A DNA stretch of 57,064 nucleotides from Candidatus Lloydbacteria bacterium RIFCSPHIGHO2_02_FULL_50_18 (GTDB taxonomy: Bacteria > Patescibacteriota > Minisyncoccia > Phycocordibacterales > UBA6899), in contig MHLM01000010.1 of assembly GCA_001821395.1 (NCBI GenBank), positions 1-57,064 of the forward strand, read 5' to 3'. A program made the translations under genes and the position numbers. Of this stretch, positions 18,789 through 27,367 are shown in pieces (position 1 is the stretch's first letter; each line of letters begins with the position of its first letter). The notes beneath the pieces were generated by a model. The model was not told the origin of the DNA and did not search any database. It saw only the letters and a program-made list of their open reading frames with translations.

Positions 18789-18949
18789 AAAAATTTAGAA
18801 CCTCTCCCTCCCGGCGAGGCGTGTATGCTATGTGTATAAATTTTCCTTTTTCTCCACTCTGACACTAGAAGCTATTGTACCCAATCATTATGGAAGTGGA
18901 AAGGAATAACCCTGCATATGTGTCTTTTGTAGCGATCTTTTGCACAAAT

Positions 18950-18990
18950 ATACAAAAGTACCACCGATCTATCGTGATCGATGGTACTTT
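18950..18990 (-). terminator. Possible terminator after paralog 1
   Basis: Hairpin agtaccaccgatc tatcgt gatcgatggtact (one mismatch) followed on the minus strand by a short CTTTTG run, 45 nt after the stop. Confidence 0.35.
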
Positions 18991-19033
18991 CCACTACGGA
19001 ATCAAAGCAGGCGATACTATCTGACGAACTCGC

Positions 19034-20185
19034 CTAGAAGATCGGAGTACAGACGTAGGTGATAACGTTGTTGTAGTCGACAGCGGCTTCCTGGAGTGCG
19101 GTGACCTGTACGCGATATCCGACACGTGTCTTTCCGATGTTGTCAGTTGTTCCATCCGCAACAGCATTATGATAGAGCACGGTTCGTGTCGACGTCGCGG
19201 TAAGTCCGGCATAGAGCGACGTACCAAAGGCATCTGTTGGAAGCGATGAATCTTCAGATGTCACACCCATATGTCCATAGGTCTCGGTAACTCCAAGAGT
19301 TCCAGCGGGTGTCGTCCATGCAACAGGGGCACCAGTCACCGCTTCATTGTCCTTAAACGCATTAATGTTCGCACCATTTGCTGAGGTAAGATCCTGGTTT
19401 TCAGTGATCGTCACAGAGAAGCCATTGAATGCATTCGTCGCTACGGTGATGTCTTGCGCTGCTATTGAGGATGTACCGACAGAGATGACACCGAACCCAA
19501 TAGCAGTTGCTGATGTTGAGGTCGACGTCGTATCACCATTTATCATAGAACTTGAAGCAACGCCGGCAATCGTAAAGGTCAAATTAGTGTCGACGATGGC
19601 GGTCATAGTGACGGAACTAATGATCGCGATGCGTGTATCTGCGGCATCAGTCATGGTGCCGTTTATACGAACAACATAGGATCCATTCGTACCATTGACG
19701 ACATGCGCATTGGAGATATTCACGAGAATAGCTCCTGCGGCGATAGAATCACCAGTACATGTAGTAAATTCTATATAATCGGGATTGGTGCCTTGATTTG
19801 AGGCATATATCTCATCTGTACCCCCCGCACACGCACCGATATTTGCAACCTGAGTAAGACCACCACCGGTACGTGAAATATGCACATCGGTACCGAGGGC
19901 CACCGCAGAAACATCAAAAGTATTCCCGGTCGGATCAAACGTGATGCGTGTTGTGGATCCGGTAGAACCACCGATGGGATTTACGGTCGTGAATCGCACC
20001 ATATAGTTAGTAGAAACCGATGGCGCTGATGAGGACGCGGTTGCGCTCACAGACAGCAACTGCGACGCAGATGCAGTATTAAAAAGAAACGGGAGGCCGA
20101 GTGCCCATGAAAGGGTTGCGACGACGAGGGTCGTGGCGAGCCACTTCATACGAATTAAAGAACGAAATGCGCTTGTGTAGTCCAT
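19034..20185 (-). CDS. Secreted Ser/Thr-rich beta-rich protein, paralog 1 of a tandem triplet (conserved N-terminus ASQLxSVSATASSSAPS..TNYMVRFTTVN and C-terminus ITYVCTPIF)
   Basis: About 60% identical to 20608..21765 and 21805..22980 over the full length. Signal peptide present and 4 conserved Cys. No recognised domain; the WxL-like idea is unconfirmed because no W-x-L motifs were seen. Confidence 0.6.
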   Translation of the reverse strand: MDYTSAFRSLIRMKWLATTLVVATLSWALGLPFLFNTASASQLLSVSATASSSAPSVSTNYMVRFTTVNPIGGSTGSTTRITFDPTGNTFDVSAVALGTDVHISRTGGGLTQVANIGACAGGTDEIYASNQGTNPDYIEFTTCTGDSIAAGAILVNISNAHVVNGTNGSYVVRINGTMTDAADTRIAIISSVTMTAIVDTNLTFTIAGVASSSMINGDTTSTSTSATAIGFGVISVGTSSIAAQDITVATNAFNGFSVTITENQDLTSANGANINAFKDNEAVTGAPVAWTTPAGTLGVTETYGHMGVTSEDSSLPTDAFGTSLYAGLTATSTRTVLYHNAVADGTTDNIGKTRVGYRVQVTALQEAAVDYNNVITYVCTPIF

Positions 20186-20390
20186 AGTGTGAACTTTTAT
20201 TTTGATAACGAATAACGGCTTGCAAAATTGGAGAATTTGCAGCGGGAGAAAGTGAAGCGTCTATGTTCTCATCGTATGCATATTCTTTGTGGGAAGAATA
20301 TGCGGATCGCCTAGAACACTTCTGTTATTCGCGAATGGGATGTTTTGTGTTGTTCGCTGTTTGGTTAAACATCGAACTCACCTGTCGTTA

Positions 20391-20523
20391 ATTATACAGT
20401 ACCTGTGGAAAAACAGTGCGCTAACGGTGGATAACTGTGGATAACTATTAACGAGAACCATACTTCCACTGTAACAGAGGGGTGTCGGACCACAGCATTA
20501 ATTCAACTTTTGTTATCCACAGG
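20391..20523 (-). promoter_or_regulatory. Promoter of paralog 1: a -10 TATAAT (plus-strand attata at 20391-20396) directly abutting a conserved ~45-bp element with three direct TGTGGAWAA-like repeats, plus an inverted TTATCCACA at 20513-20521
   Basis: The element cctgtggaaaaa.agtg....aac.gtg.ata.ctgtggataact (20402-20446) is near-identical to 23362-23406 and lies at the same distance from a TATAAT in both copies. The -35 is poor, which suggests activator dependence. Confidence 0.5.
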
Positions 20524-20547
20524 AGTGGACAACTTCCCCACAACAAA

Positions 20548-20592
20548 CAAAATACCCCGCCATATTGAAATAGGGCGGGGTATTTTATTTCT
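20548..20592 (-). terminator. Rho-independent terminator after paralog 2
   Basis: Hairpin aataccccgcc atattgaaatag ggcggggtatt, with a T-rich run on the minus strand, 16 nt after the stop at 20608. Confidence 0.6.
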
Positions 20593-20607
20593 TCTAGTAA
20601 ACTAAGA

Positions 20608-21765
20608 CTAGAAGGTAGATGTGCAGACGTATGTGATCTGGTTCGTGTAGTCTGATGCAGCCTCCTGCAATGCCGACACTTGAATACGGAATCCAACCCG
20701 AGTTTTACCAATATTCGCCGTGGTACCATCAGCAGGTCCAGTGTGAAAGAGGATTGTACGCGTCGATGTCGACGAAAGCCCTGCATAAAGCTGTGAGCCA
20801 AAGTCGTCACCGGGAAGCGATACGTCTTCCGAAGTAATACCCATATGCCCGTAAGTATTTGGACTACCGATCGTTCCCACTGGTGCTGTCCAAGCTGTCG
20901 GCGAGCCGGTCACTGCATTCCCATCCTTAAATGCATTGATCGTTGCGCCATTTGCCGAAGTGAGATCCTGATTTTCGGTCACCGTAACACTAAAGCCGTT
21001 CAACGCATTAGTTGAGACCGAAACATCCTGTGCTGCAACAGAAGAGGTTCCAACAGAGAGTGTCCCGAATCCAATTGCGGTCGCAGTACTCGACGTCGAA
21101 GTCGTATCGCCGTTCACGGGGGAACTCGACGCTACTGTGGCGATAGTAAACGTTAGGTTCGTATCGACGATTCCCGTCATGGCAACCTGATTAATGATCG
21201 CAACGCGTGTATCAGCGGAGTCAGCCATCGTACCATTAATCCGTACGACATACGATCCGGATGCAGAAGGATTCACGGCATGTGCACCAGCTATATTTAC
21301 CGTTATAGTACCGGCAGCAATGATATCCCCGGGGCACGTTAAAAGCTCTACATAGTCGGATGCACCTGCAACGACTTGAGACACATACATTTCGCTCACG
21401 GCTCCCGAACACGATCCGAATGCAGCAACCTGCGTAAGACCTCCAGTTAAACGAGAAACTGTTACATTGCCGTTCGTAAGCGCAGTGAGATCAAAGAGTC
21501 CGCCTTGGGGATCAAACGTGATACGCGTTGTCGAAGCCGTAACTGCCTGCCCTATTGCATTCACTGTCGTGAATCGCACCATATAGTTTGTCGCAATGGA
21601 AGGCGCTGACGACGATGCGGTTGCGCTCACAGAATTTAGCTGTGATGCGTAAGTCGGAGTGAATAGCTGGAATGCCGGAAATATCCAACCGACCATTGCG
21701 ATGATGATCGCGGCAGAGATGACTCTCGAGCTCATGAGATGCAATGATCGGTTGTAATAGTTCAC
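20608..21765 (-). CDS. Secreted Ser/Thr-rich protein, paralog 2 of the triplet
   Basis: See paralog 1. Only 39 bp separate it from paralog 3 upstream, so the two are probably co-transcribed. Confidence 0.6.
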   Translation of the reverse strand: MNYYNRSLHLMSSRVISAAIIIAMVGWIFPAFQLFTPTYASQLNSVSATASSSAPSIATNYMVRFTTVNAIGQAVTASTTRITFDPQGGLFDLTALTNGNVTVSRLTGGLTQVAAFGSCSGAVSEMYVSQVVAGASDYVELLTCPGDIIAAGTITVNIAGAHAVNPSASGSYVVRINGTMADSADTRVAIINQVAMTGIVDTNLTFTIATVASSSPVNGDTTSTSSTATAIGFGTLSVGTSSVAAQDVSVSTNALNGFSVTVTENQDLTSANGATINAFKDGNAVTGSPTAWTAPVGTIGSPNTYGHMGITSEDVSLPGDDFGSQLYAGLSSTSTRTILFHTGPADGTTANIGKTRVGFRIQVSALQEAASDYTNQITYVCTSTF

Positions 21766-21804
21766 AGGTAATTCTTATTGGTTGAATAAATAGACACGAG
21801 AAAG

Positions 21805-22980
21805 TTAGAAGATCGGCGTGCAAACGTACGTGATCTGATTGGTATAGTCTGTCGCTGCCTCCTGAAGTGCGCTGATCTGTACGCGGAATCCAACGCGCGT
21901 TGCACCAACATTTGCAGTCGTTCCGTCTGCGGGTCCGGTGTGATAGAGAACGGTACGCGTCGATGTCGCAGTCAGTCCGGCATAGAGCTGGGTACCAAAT
22001 TCATCAGCATCACCGACAAGAGTGGCGTCCTCTGAGGTAATACCCATATGACCATACGTATTTGGACTACCGATCGTCCCTGTTGGATCGGCACCCCAAG
22101 CTGTCGGTGAACCAGTCACCGCATTCCCATCCCTAAATGCGTTGATCGTTGCACCATTCGCCGAGGTAAGGTCTTGATTCTCGGTCACGGTGACGCTAAA
22201 ACCATTCTTCGCATTCGTTGAGACCGAAATGTCCTGTGCCCCGATAGAAGAGGTTCCAACGGAGAGGGTCCCGAATGGAATAGAGGTTGCCGTAGAGAGC
22301 ACATTGGTTGTGTCACCGTTCACCATAGAGCTTGAGGCAACAAGGCCGATCGAGAAGCTGAGGCTACTGTCGACCGAAGCGGTCATCGTGACGGTACTCA
22401 CGATCGCTACGCGGGTATCCCCTGTATCCGTCATCGTGCCGCCGATGCGCACGACATAGGAGCCGGTTACTGCGGGATTCGTGACGTGTGCATTCCTGAA
22501 AGTTACCGTTATAGCACCCGCTGCGATAACGTCCGTATCGCAAGTTTTAAATTCGACATAGTCAGCCGGCTCTGTTTTTCCAATGCGATCTACATAAATT
22601 TGACTAGCGCCACCGTTACACGCCGCAAGATCAGCAACTTGCGTCAACTCGGCCCCCGTAATTACAATATCGGCAGTGCTCGTTGCCAAAGAAGTAAGAT
22701 CGAAGGAATTTCCCGTAGGATCAAAAGTAATACGTGTTGTTGAAGCAAAAGTTGCTGCAGCACTACCAATTGCATTCGCAGTGGTAAATACGACTGCATA
22801 ATTCGTGGAGAGCGATGGTGCGGACGAAGACGCCGTCGCAGAGACCGACGCAAGCTGTGCTGCCGATGAAGTATTAATAAGAAACGGAATACCGACTGCC
22901 CAACCGATAGTGGCGGTGAGAAGTACGATTCCGAGCCCTTTCAATCGGGCAAGATATCGAAACATGTGTGTGTAGCTCAT
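21805..22980 (-). CDS. Secreted Ser/Thr-rich protein, paralog 3 of the triplet
   Basis: See paralog 1. Ends ITYVCTPIF. Confidence 0.6.
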   Translation of the reverse strand: MSYTHMFRYLARLKGLGIVLLTATIGWAVGIPFLINTSSAAQLASVSATASSSAPSLSTNYAVVFTTANAIGSAAATFASTTRITFDPTGNSFDLTSLATSTADIVITGAELTQVADLAACNGGASQIYVDRIGKTEPADYVEFKTCDTDVIAAGAITVTFRNAHVTNPAVTGSYVVRIGGTMTDTGDTRVAIVSTVTMTASVDSSLSFSIGLVASSSMVNGDTTNVLSTATSIPFGTLSVGTSSIGAQDISVSTNAKNGFSVTVTENQDLTSANGATINAFRDGNAVTGSPTAWGADPTGTIGSPNTYGHMGITSEDATLVGDADEFGTQLYAGLTATSTRTVLYHTGPADGTTANVGATRVGFRVQISALQEAATDYTNQITYVCTPIF

Positions 22981-23350
22981 AAAGAACTAGTGGGATAAAA
23001 AACATCAAGTTGACGAAACTATGCGCAACGATCCACGAATTCTTGCTCCAACGTTCAGAAACTTGTTGTGACACGCACCTGCATGTCCTCGTTTTCCTCC
23101 GTCAGCGCACGCAGTCTGTGGATCATTATTCACAAGTTTTGCAACTTGGTGGGATGAATAATGGCAAACTGAACATTCCAACAAAAAATGCGCTATTCGT
23201 TCTTCTTCATCGGCGAGTGCCGAGAATAAGCCGAGACATTAAAAAACTTGTGGATCGTTTTTCAATGCAACAATTGGGATGGTGATTCCTCCTGTACCGT
23301 CGTCCTCGGAGTGTGGATATCCGAGAATACATAGAATGCACCTAGTATTT

Positions 23351-23406
23351 ATTATAACCTGCCTGTGGAAAAAGAGTGGACAAACTGTGAATAGCTGTGG
23401 ATAACT
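23351..23406 (-). promoter_or_regulatory. Promoter of paralog 3: a -10 TATAAT (plus-strand attata at 23351-23356) abutting a second copy of the TGTGGAWAA-repeat element (23362-23406)
   Basis: Same architecture as 20391..20446. Further TGTGGAT copies occur at 23115-23124, 23249-23258 and 23312-23321 between this promoter and the start codon. Confidence 0.5.
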
Positions 23407-23465
23407 TTCGCTCCAGATTTCACTATTTGAAAAACACATCATCAATTTTTCCAGCAAAAAATTGT

Positions 23466-23671
23466 GATTCCGCTCGGCGGGTCTGCTTCACCAAGAGGCG
23501 AAGACCATGCCAGACCCAGCTGCCTCCGCGAGGTTTTTCAAACAGTGAAACCCTCCGCTTCACAGAGTACATCGACCGAGCCATTCGTCTGCGGGGGCGA
23601 CTTTGTTTTCTTATGAACGAAGTGAATTAGAAAAACAAGAAGTACCCCTGTGGCACTCCCAAAAGTTTATC
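23466..23671. repeat. Intergenic repeat D, copy 2
   Basis: See 10411..10603. A flanking direct repeat c.ctccatagggagg occurs twice (23680-23692 and 23737-23749). Confidence 0.5.
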
Positions 23672-23775
23672 CTCGCTCCATAGGGAGGAACAACACCGTC
23701 GCGGTCCGTAGCCCCTCGAACAGTAATACCTCACTCCATAGGGAGGTCATTATTCATTCACTTATACCGGCCCTC

Positions 23776-24054
23776 CTATCGAAAAAGAGAGTCGTGTGAT
23801 CCCAAGTCAACGAGGAGAAGTACGAGTATACCCTCGTGCTTCTGATACACGAGCAGTATGTCATTCCCAACGTGGCACTCGCGATAATTCTTTAGATCAC
23901 CAGAGAGTTGATGGTCACGATACCCGGTTGAAAGCTTTTCTCCGACGGCAAGTGCGTCAATCACGACATCGAGATCATGCTGAACAAAATCCTTGTGCCG
24001 CAAAATCCGCTTGTATGCTTTTCGATATGCTTTTGTGGAGCGAACAATATACAT
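23776..24054 (-). CDS. relE: RelE/YafQ-family type II toxin (mRNA interferase)
   Basis: HQLSGDLKNYRECHVGNDILLVYQKHEGILVLLLVDLGSH matches the YafQ/RelE C-terminal catalytic region. 92 aa, 2 bp downstream of the antitoxin gene. Confidence 0.75.
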   Translation of the reverse strand: MYIVRSTKAYRKAYKRILRHKDFVQHDLDVVIDALAVGEKLSTGYRDHQLSGDLKNYRECHVGNDILLVYQKHEGILVLLLVDLGSHDSLFR

Positions 24055-24056
24055 AC

Positions 24057-24332
24057 CTAGCGATTGCCAAGAATGTCATCGTGCAATTCTTTTGCGGTAC
24101 GGTATGAGGGACCATGCTTGAGTGCATACTCTGCCTCCTTGATCAGCTGTCGTTTCTTCTTCGTCGGCCAGTAGTCGGCACTGACGACGGGAAACGGTAT
24201 CGCCTGTTTATTGACGACTTGGGTAAGATACAATTTCACCCCGGAGGACATATCGAGTCCCATTGCACTAAATGTTTTTTGTGCCAACTCTTTTGTTTTT
24301 TTATCAATGCGGATTTGTAGCGTGGTATTCAT
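24057..24332 (-). CDS. relB: RelB/DinJ-family antitoxin
   Basis: MNTTLQIRIDKKTKELAQKTFSAMGLDMSSGVKLYLTQVV is typical of DinJ/RelB. The ORF-track start at 24338 is TTG; the ATG at 24332 is preferred. Confidence 0.75.
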   Translation of the reverse strand: MNTTLQIRIDKKTKELAQKTFSAMGLDMSSGVKLYLTQVVNKQAIPFPVVSADYWPTKKKRQLIKEAEYALKHGPSYRTAKELHDDILGNR

Positions 24333-24359
24333 GGGCAAAGTGTACCCTCCCTCTGTTTG

Positions 24360-24395
24360 AGTGTCAATACAATGTAATTACACTATAAGTTCAGT
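24360..24395 (-). promoter_or_regulatory. Putative relBE promoter/operator with a perfect 10-bp palindrome TGTAATTACA (24373-24382)
   Basis: The palindrome lies 41 nt upstream of the relB ATG and overlaps TTGACA-like and TACACT-like hexamers. This is the expected geometry for an autoregulated TA operator. Confidence 0.4.
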
Positions 24396-24431
24396 TCAAA
24401 CTCCTCAACATTATGGGCAAGAGCCCTCCCC

Positions 24432-25817
24432 TTACCCCTTGGGGCGGATCTCGGTCACCTGATAGGTGCGCTCCTCCTGGAAGACTTCGGCGAAATACCA
24501 ACCGACAAGTGCACATCCGAAAATAAATACAAAAACGAAGAGAATGAACATGCGATAGCGTTTTGCCCACTCTATATATGAAGTATGCTGGCGGTGTTTG
24601 CCGTGGACCGCTTTTGCATGCGAGACATGAGCGGCTCGGACTCCCCCTTTTGACAACTCCGCCGCACCGAGGATGAGCGGGCGCTTGAGCAACTCGAGTG
24701 TGAGGCGAGGGCTTGTCGCTTCGTGGTGACGGGGTTTTGCATGTGGCGCGTGCGCAACTTCGTGAGGTACAACCTTTGGCTCCTCTGCAGCTGTTCCAAA
24801 TAGATGCTCGCGCTCAAGCTGCAGTGCACGGCGAATGTACCGCCTGATGGACCACGTGAAGAACCAGATCAAAAAGACGATAGTGAAAAGCGTTGCTCCG
24901 ACCTTGCCCCACGGAATGATCCAGAAATATGTCGTGCGTACTGCACTCTGTTTATTCTCCTCCCCGTACGAAAGCACAGCCTCCGCTTTGTAGCGACCGA
25001 TATCAAAAAGGGATTCTTCCCCTTTCCATTCAAAAGCGAATTTTCTCGTCGAGCCGGGCAGCACATTCCCAAATGAACTTGCTTCATTGACTTTGATCGT
25101 CCCGCGCGTCTTTCCCCACATATTGGTGATGACGATCTCCCCCTGCGGAACGAGATGAACATTGCCTTTATTCTCGAAACGCAGCGCGAATGACTGCTCC
25201 GGTGTCGGGACGATGTCTTTCGCAGTATAAAAATCACGGATGAGCCCTTCTTCGACAACCTCTCCGGGGACACGCAGGAAGATGAGCGAAGTGAGCATTG
25301 AGCCCACGCTTGCACCGGAACCCTGCGAGATATCCGGCGGAAGTGTTCCCACCATGATCGCTCCGTAGTGTCCGCCCGGGTCCGCGTTCACGGGCACCAT
25401 GATCGAGAATGGTATCTCATATGAACGATCGGGGAGGACGGTGATATCACCCGACGGGAGTGTGATCCATCCCGACATGAGGCGCGTATCCACGGCGCTT
25501 CCGTGCGACAAATTATCGAACACCGCATTTCCCGTTTCTCCATTCGGATGAAAATCGGCTACGGTAGTATGAACGATGAGCGGATAGGGATTCGTATTTA
25601 CCACGCGCAACGTGCTTTTCCATAGCGTGCCCGGAGCGATCGTGAGCTGATAGAGCGGCGGTGCAATCGTGATCGACATCTTGCTCGTATCGACCTGTGC
25701 GAACGAAGCAGAAGGAATACAAAAAGAAAGCAGGAGCAGCAAGGCAGTGGCGAGCGCGAACTGATGACGCGAGAGTGCGGCAATGTGAGCGAAAATGTGT
25801 TGAGTTATTTTTTGCAT
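24432..25817 (-). CDS. Surface protein, DUF916/DUF3324-like paralog (signal peptide, beta-rich ectodomain, C-terminal TM FWIIPWGKVGATLFTIVFLIWFF, long basic/His-rich cytoplasmic tail)
   Basis: Same architecture as 17724..18788 and 25838..27109. Confidence 0.5.
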   Translation of the reverse strand: MQKITQHIFAHIAALSRHQFALATALLLLLSFCIPSASFAQVDTSKMSITIAPPLYQLTIAPGTLWKSTLRVVNTNPYPLIVHTTVADFHPNGETGNAVFDNLSHGSAVDTRLMSGWITLPSGDITVLPDRSYEIPFSIMVPVNADPGGHYGAIMVGTLPPDISQGSGASVGSMLTSLIFLRVPGEVVEEGLIRDFYTAKDIVPTPEQSFALRFENKGNVHLVPQGEIVITNMWGKTRGTIKVNEASSFGNVLPGSTRKFAFEWKGEESLFDIGRYKAEAVLSYGEENKQSAVRTTYFWIIPWGKVGATLFTIVFLIWFFTWSIRRYIRRALQLEREHLFGTAAEEPKVVPHEVAHAPHAKPRHHEATSPRLTLELLKRPLILGAAELSKGGVRAAHVSHAKAVHGKHRQHTSYIEWAKRYRMFILFVFVFIFGCALVGWYFAEVFQEERTYQVTEIRPKG

Positions 25818-25837
25818 GATAGACGCGCCGGAGTGCC

Positions 25838-27109
25838 CTACTTCCTTCGCCCGAGCGTGACGATATGATCGGGGTCGATGTGTTTCTCTTTCTTGATCAA
25901 ATGGACCTTGTGCCCATCGGTGTGCGCGCGGAGAGCTTGCACTCCGCCCTTGCCATCTGAAACTGTTCCGATCTCCTCGCGAAGCACGTGCGCATGATCG
26001 ACATGCATTCTCGACGGTGCGGAAGTCACGCTGTATCTCGTGCGGGCTCGGGGCGGTATCGCGACTTCAGTGATCCCGTTCACATGCGTCTGCTGTACTG
26101 CGTCATCATCGTAAGGAGAATAATCGCTTGATGGAACATTCTCCTCCGATCCGTCCGCAAACGAAAATACGAATCGTCTCCGCGGTCCACGCTGTGCTAA
26201 TCCCCACGAATGGACGACGAGCGCCAAGATGATACCCATCATGCCGATCGTGGCAAACATGCCGAGCAGTTTTGTCCATGGCATGATCCAAAAATACACT
26301 GTGTCTTGAACGACGCCACGTACTCCATAATCAAGTTCGAGCATCGCCTTATAACGTCCGAAGTGTCCGTCGGCAGCCCACACTGATGCGAGGAGTTCCT
26401 TCTGATTCGGTTCAAGTCGACGTGCATCCTTGTTCGCATCGATCGCGGCGACCTCCTCTCCGCGCCGATCAAAGATGTGGATCTTCCCCATGGGGGTGAC
26501 TCCACGATTACCGATGTTCTCAATACGATAATTGAACGACGCATCATTGCCGCTGAAAAAATTCTTATCGGGAACGAACGTATTCAATTCGAGGCGCTCA
26601 TGGACATCATCGAGCACTTCTATATTGACTGCGACGTCGCGCGTACCCTCCGCGTTCGCCTCAGCAGCAGCGCGATTAGTGCCGTCACTCAAATGAATGA
26701 ACGCGTGATAGATTCCCGGCGTAGCATTCATGTCTATCTGCAAGAGGATCGGAATATCTTTCTTTTCTCCGGGAAGGAGATCGATCACCGCACGCGTCAC
26801 TTCGATCCAGCGTGCGGGAGAAGCGGCCCGCGCTTCACCCGGCGAGCCTCCTCCAAGATCAGTTCCGCCCGTCGTGCCGGAGAGGGCATCGAGATCGGCA
26901 ACCCACGGGTAGAGCTGCAGCATATGCTTCGTGTCATTTTCAACCGAGAGTGTATAGCGGAGGATCTCACGCGTCTTCCCTTTTCCGTCGATGACCGCCG
27001 GCGTGACCGAAAAATCCGCAGCATAGGCGAGCGGGGCGATAAAAAGTGAGCACGCAAAAGAAAACAGCAATGCATGCCAAAATGCCTTCGGACTCCTCTT
27101 TTCCGTCAT
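25838..27109 (-). CDS. Surface protein, DUF916/DUF3324-like paralog
   Basis: The ORF-track start at 27358 gives an 83-aa Arg-rich leader. The ATG at 27109 (MTEKRSPKAFWHALLFSFACSLFIAPLAYA) is a clean signal peptide. C-terminal FWIMPWTKLLGMFATIGMMGIILALV TM. Confidence 0.5.
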   Translation of the reverse strand: MTEKRSPKAFWHALLFSFACSLFIAPLAYAADFSVTPAVIDGKGKTREILRYTLSVENDTKHMLQLYPWVADLDALSGTTGGTDLGGGSPGEARAASPARWIEVTRAVIDLLPGEKKDIPILLQIDMNATPGIYHAFIHLSDGTNRAAAEANAEGTRDVAVNIEVLDDVHERLELNTFVPDKNFFSGNDASFNYRIENIGNRGVTPMGKIHIFDRRGEEVAAIDANKDARRLEPNQKELLASVWAADGHFGRYKAMLELDYGVRGVVQDTVYFWIMPWTKLLGMFATIGMMGIILALVVHSWGLAQRGPRRRFVFSFADGSEENVPSSDYSPYDDDAVQQTHVNGITEVAIPPRARTRYSVTSAPSRMHVDHAHVLREEIGTVSDGKGGVQALRAHTDGHKVHLIKKEKHIDPDHIVTLGRRK

Positions 27110-27237
27110 ACTTCTTATTATAGAGTACGTTTGCGCAGATAAGCTGGGGACAACTCTAGAGTTCAACAAATAAACCCCAACTTCTTTGTTGCGGTGCCCA
27201 TGCGACTCGGTCAACGTATATGAATACGTCTTCTCCC

Positions 27238-27289
27238 CTACGGGGACTTCCAAATTCATACTCCCCATGGTCGTTGAATTTCTGGTCGC
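27238..27289. repeat. Intergenic repeat module E (homologous to 17309..17367)
   Basis: ctacggggacttccaaattcatactcc.catggtcg.tgaatttc.ggtcg is ~80% identical to the segment inserted in the 17-kb repeat locus. Confidence 0.4.
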
Positions 27290-27367
27290 TCGTCGCTTTT
27301 CCCGCGCCTCGCATCTGGGGTTATTTGATGAACTCCTACGTTTGATAGATGTTTGCATACGGAATAT

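Noticed and set aside
20380-20530. A chromosomal origin of replication, suggested by the clustered DnaA-box 9-mers
   Set aside because: No dnaA, dnaN, gidA or parAB genes are in the window, there is no obvious AT-rich unwinding element, and the boxes sit at fixed positions relative to a -10 hexamer in two duplicated promoters. A transcription-factor site array fits better. oriC is not excluded without a GC-skew analysis.
19034-22980. Calling the triplet paralogs WxL-domain proteins
   Set aside because: The Csc-like gene context suggested WxL, but I could not find the two W-x-L motifs. The sole conserved Trp is in the …VAWT… context, which does not match. They are left as an unknown family.
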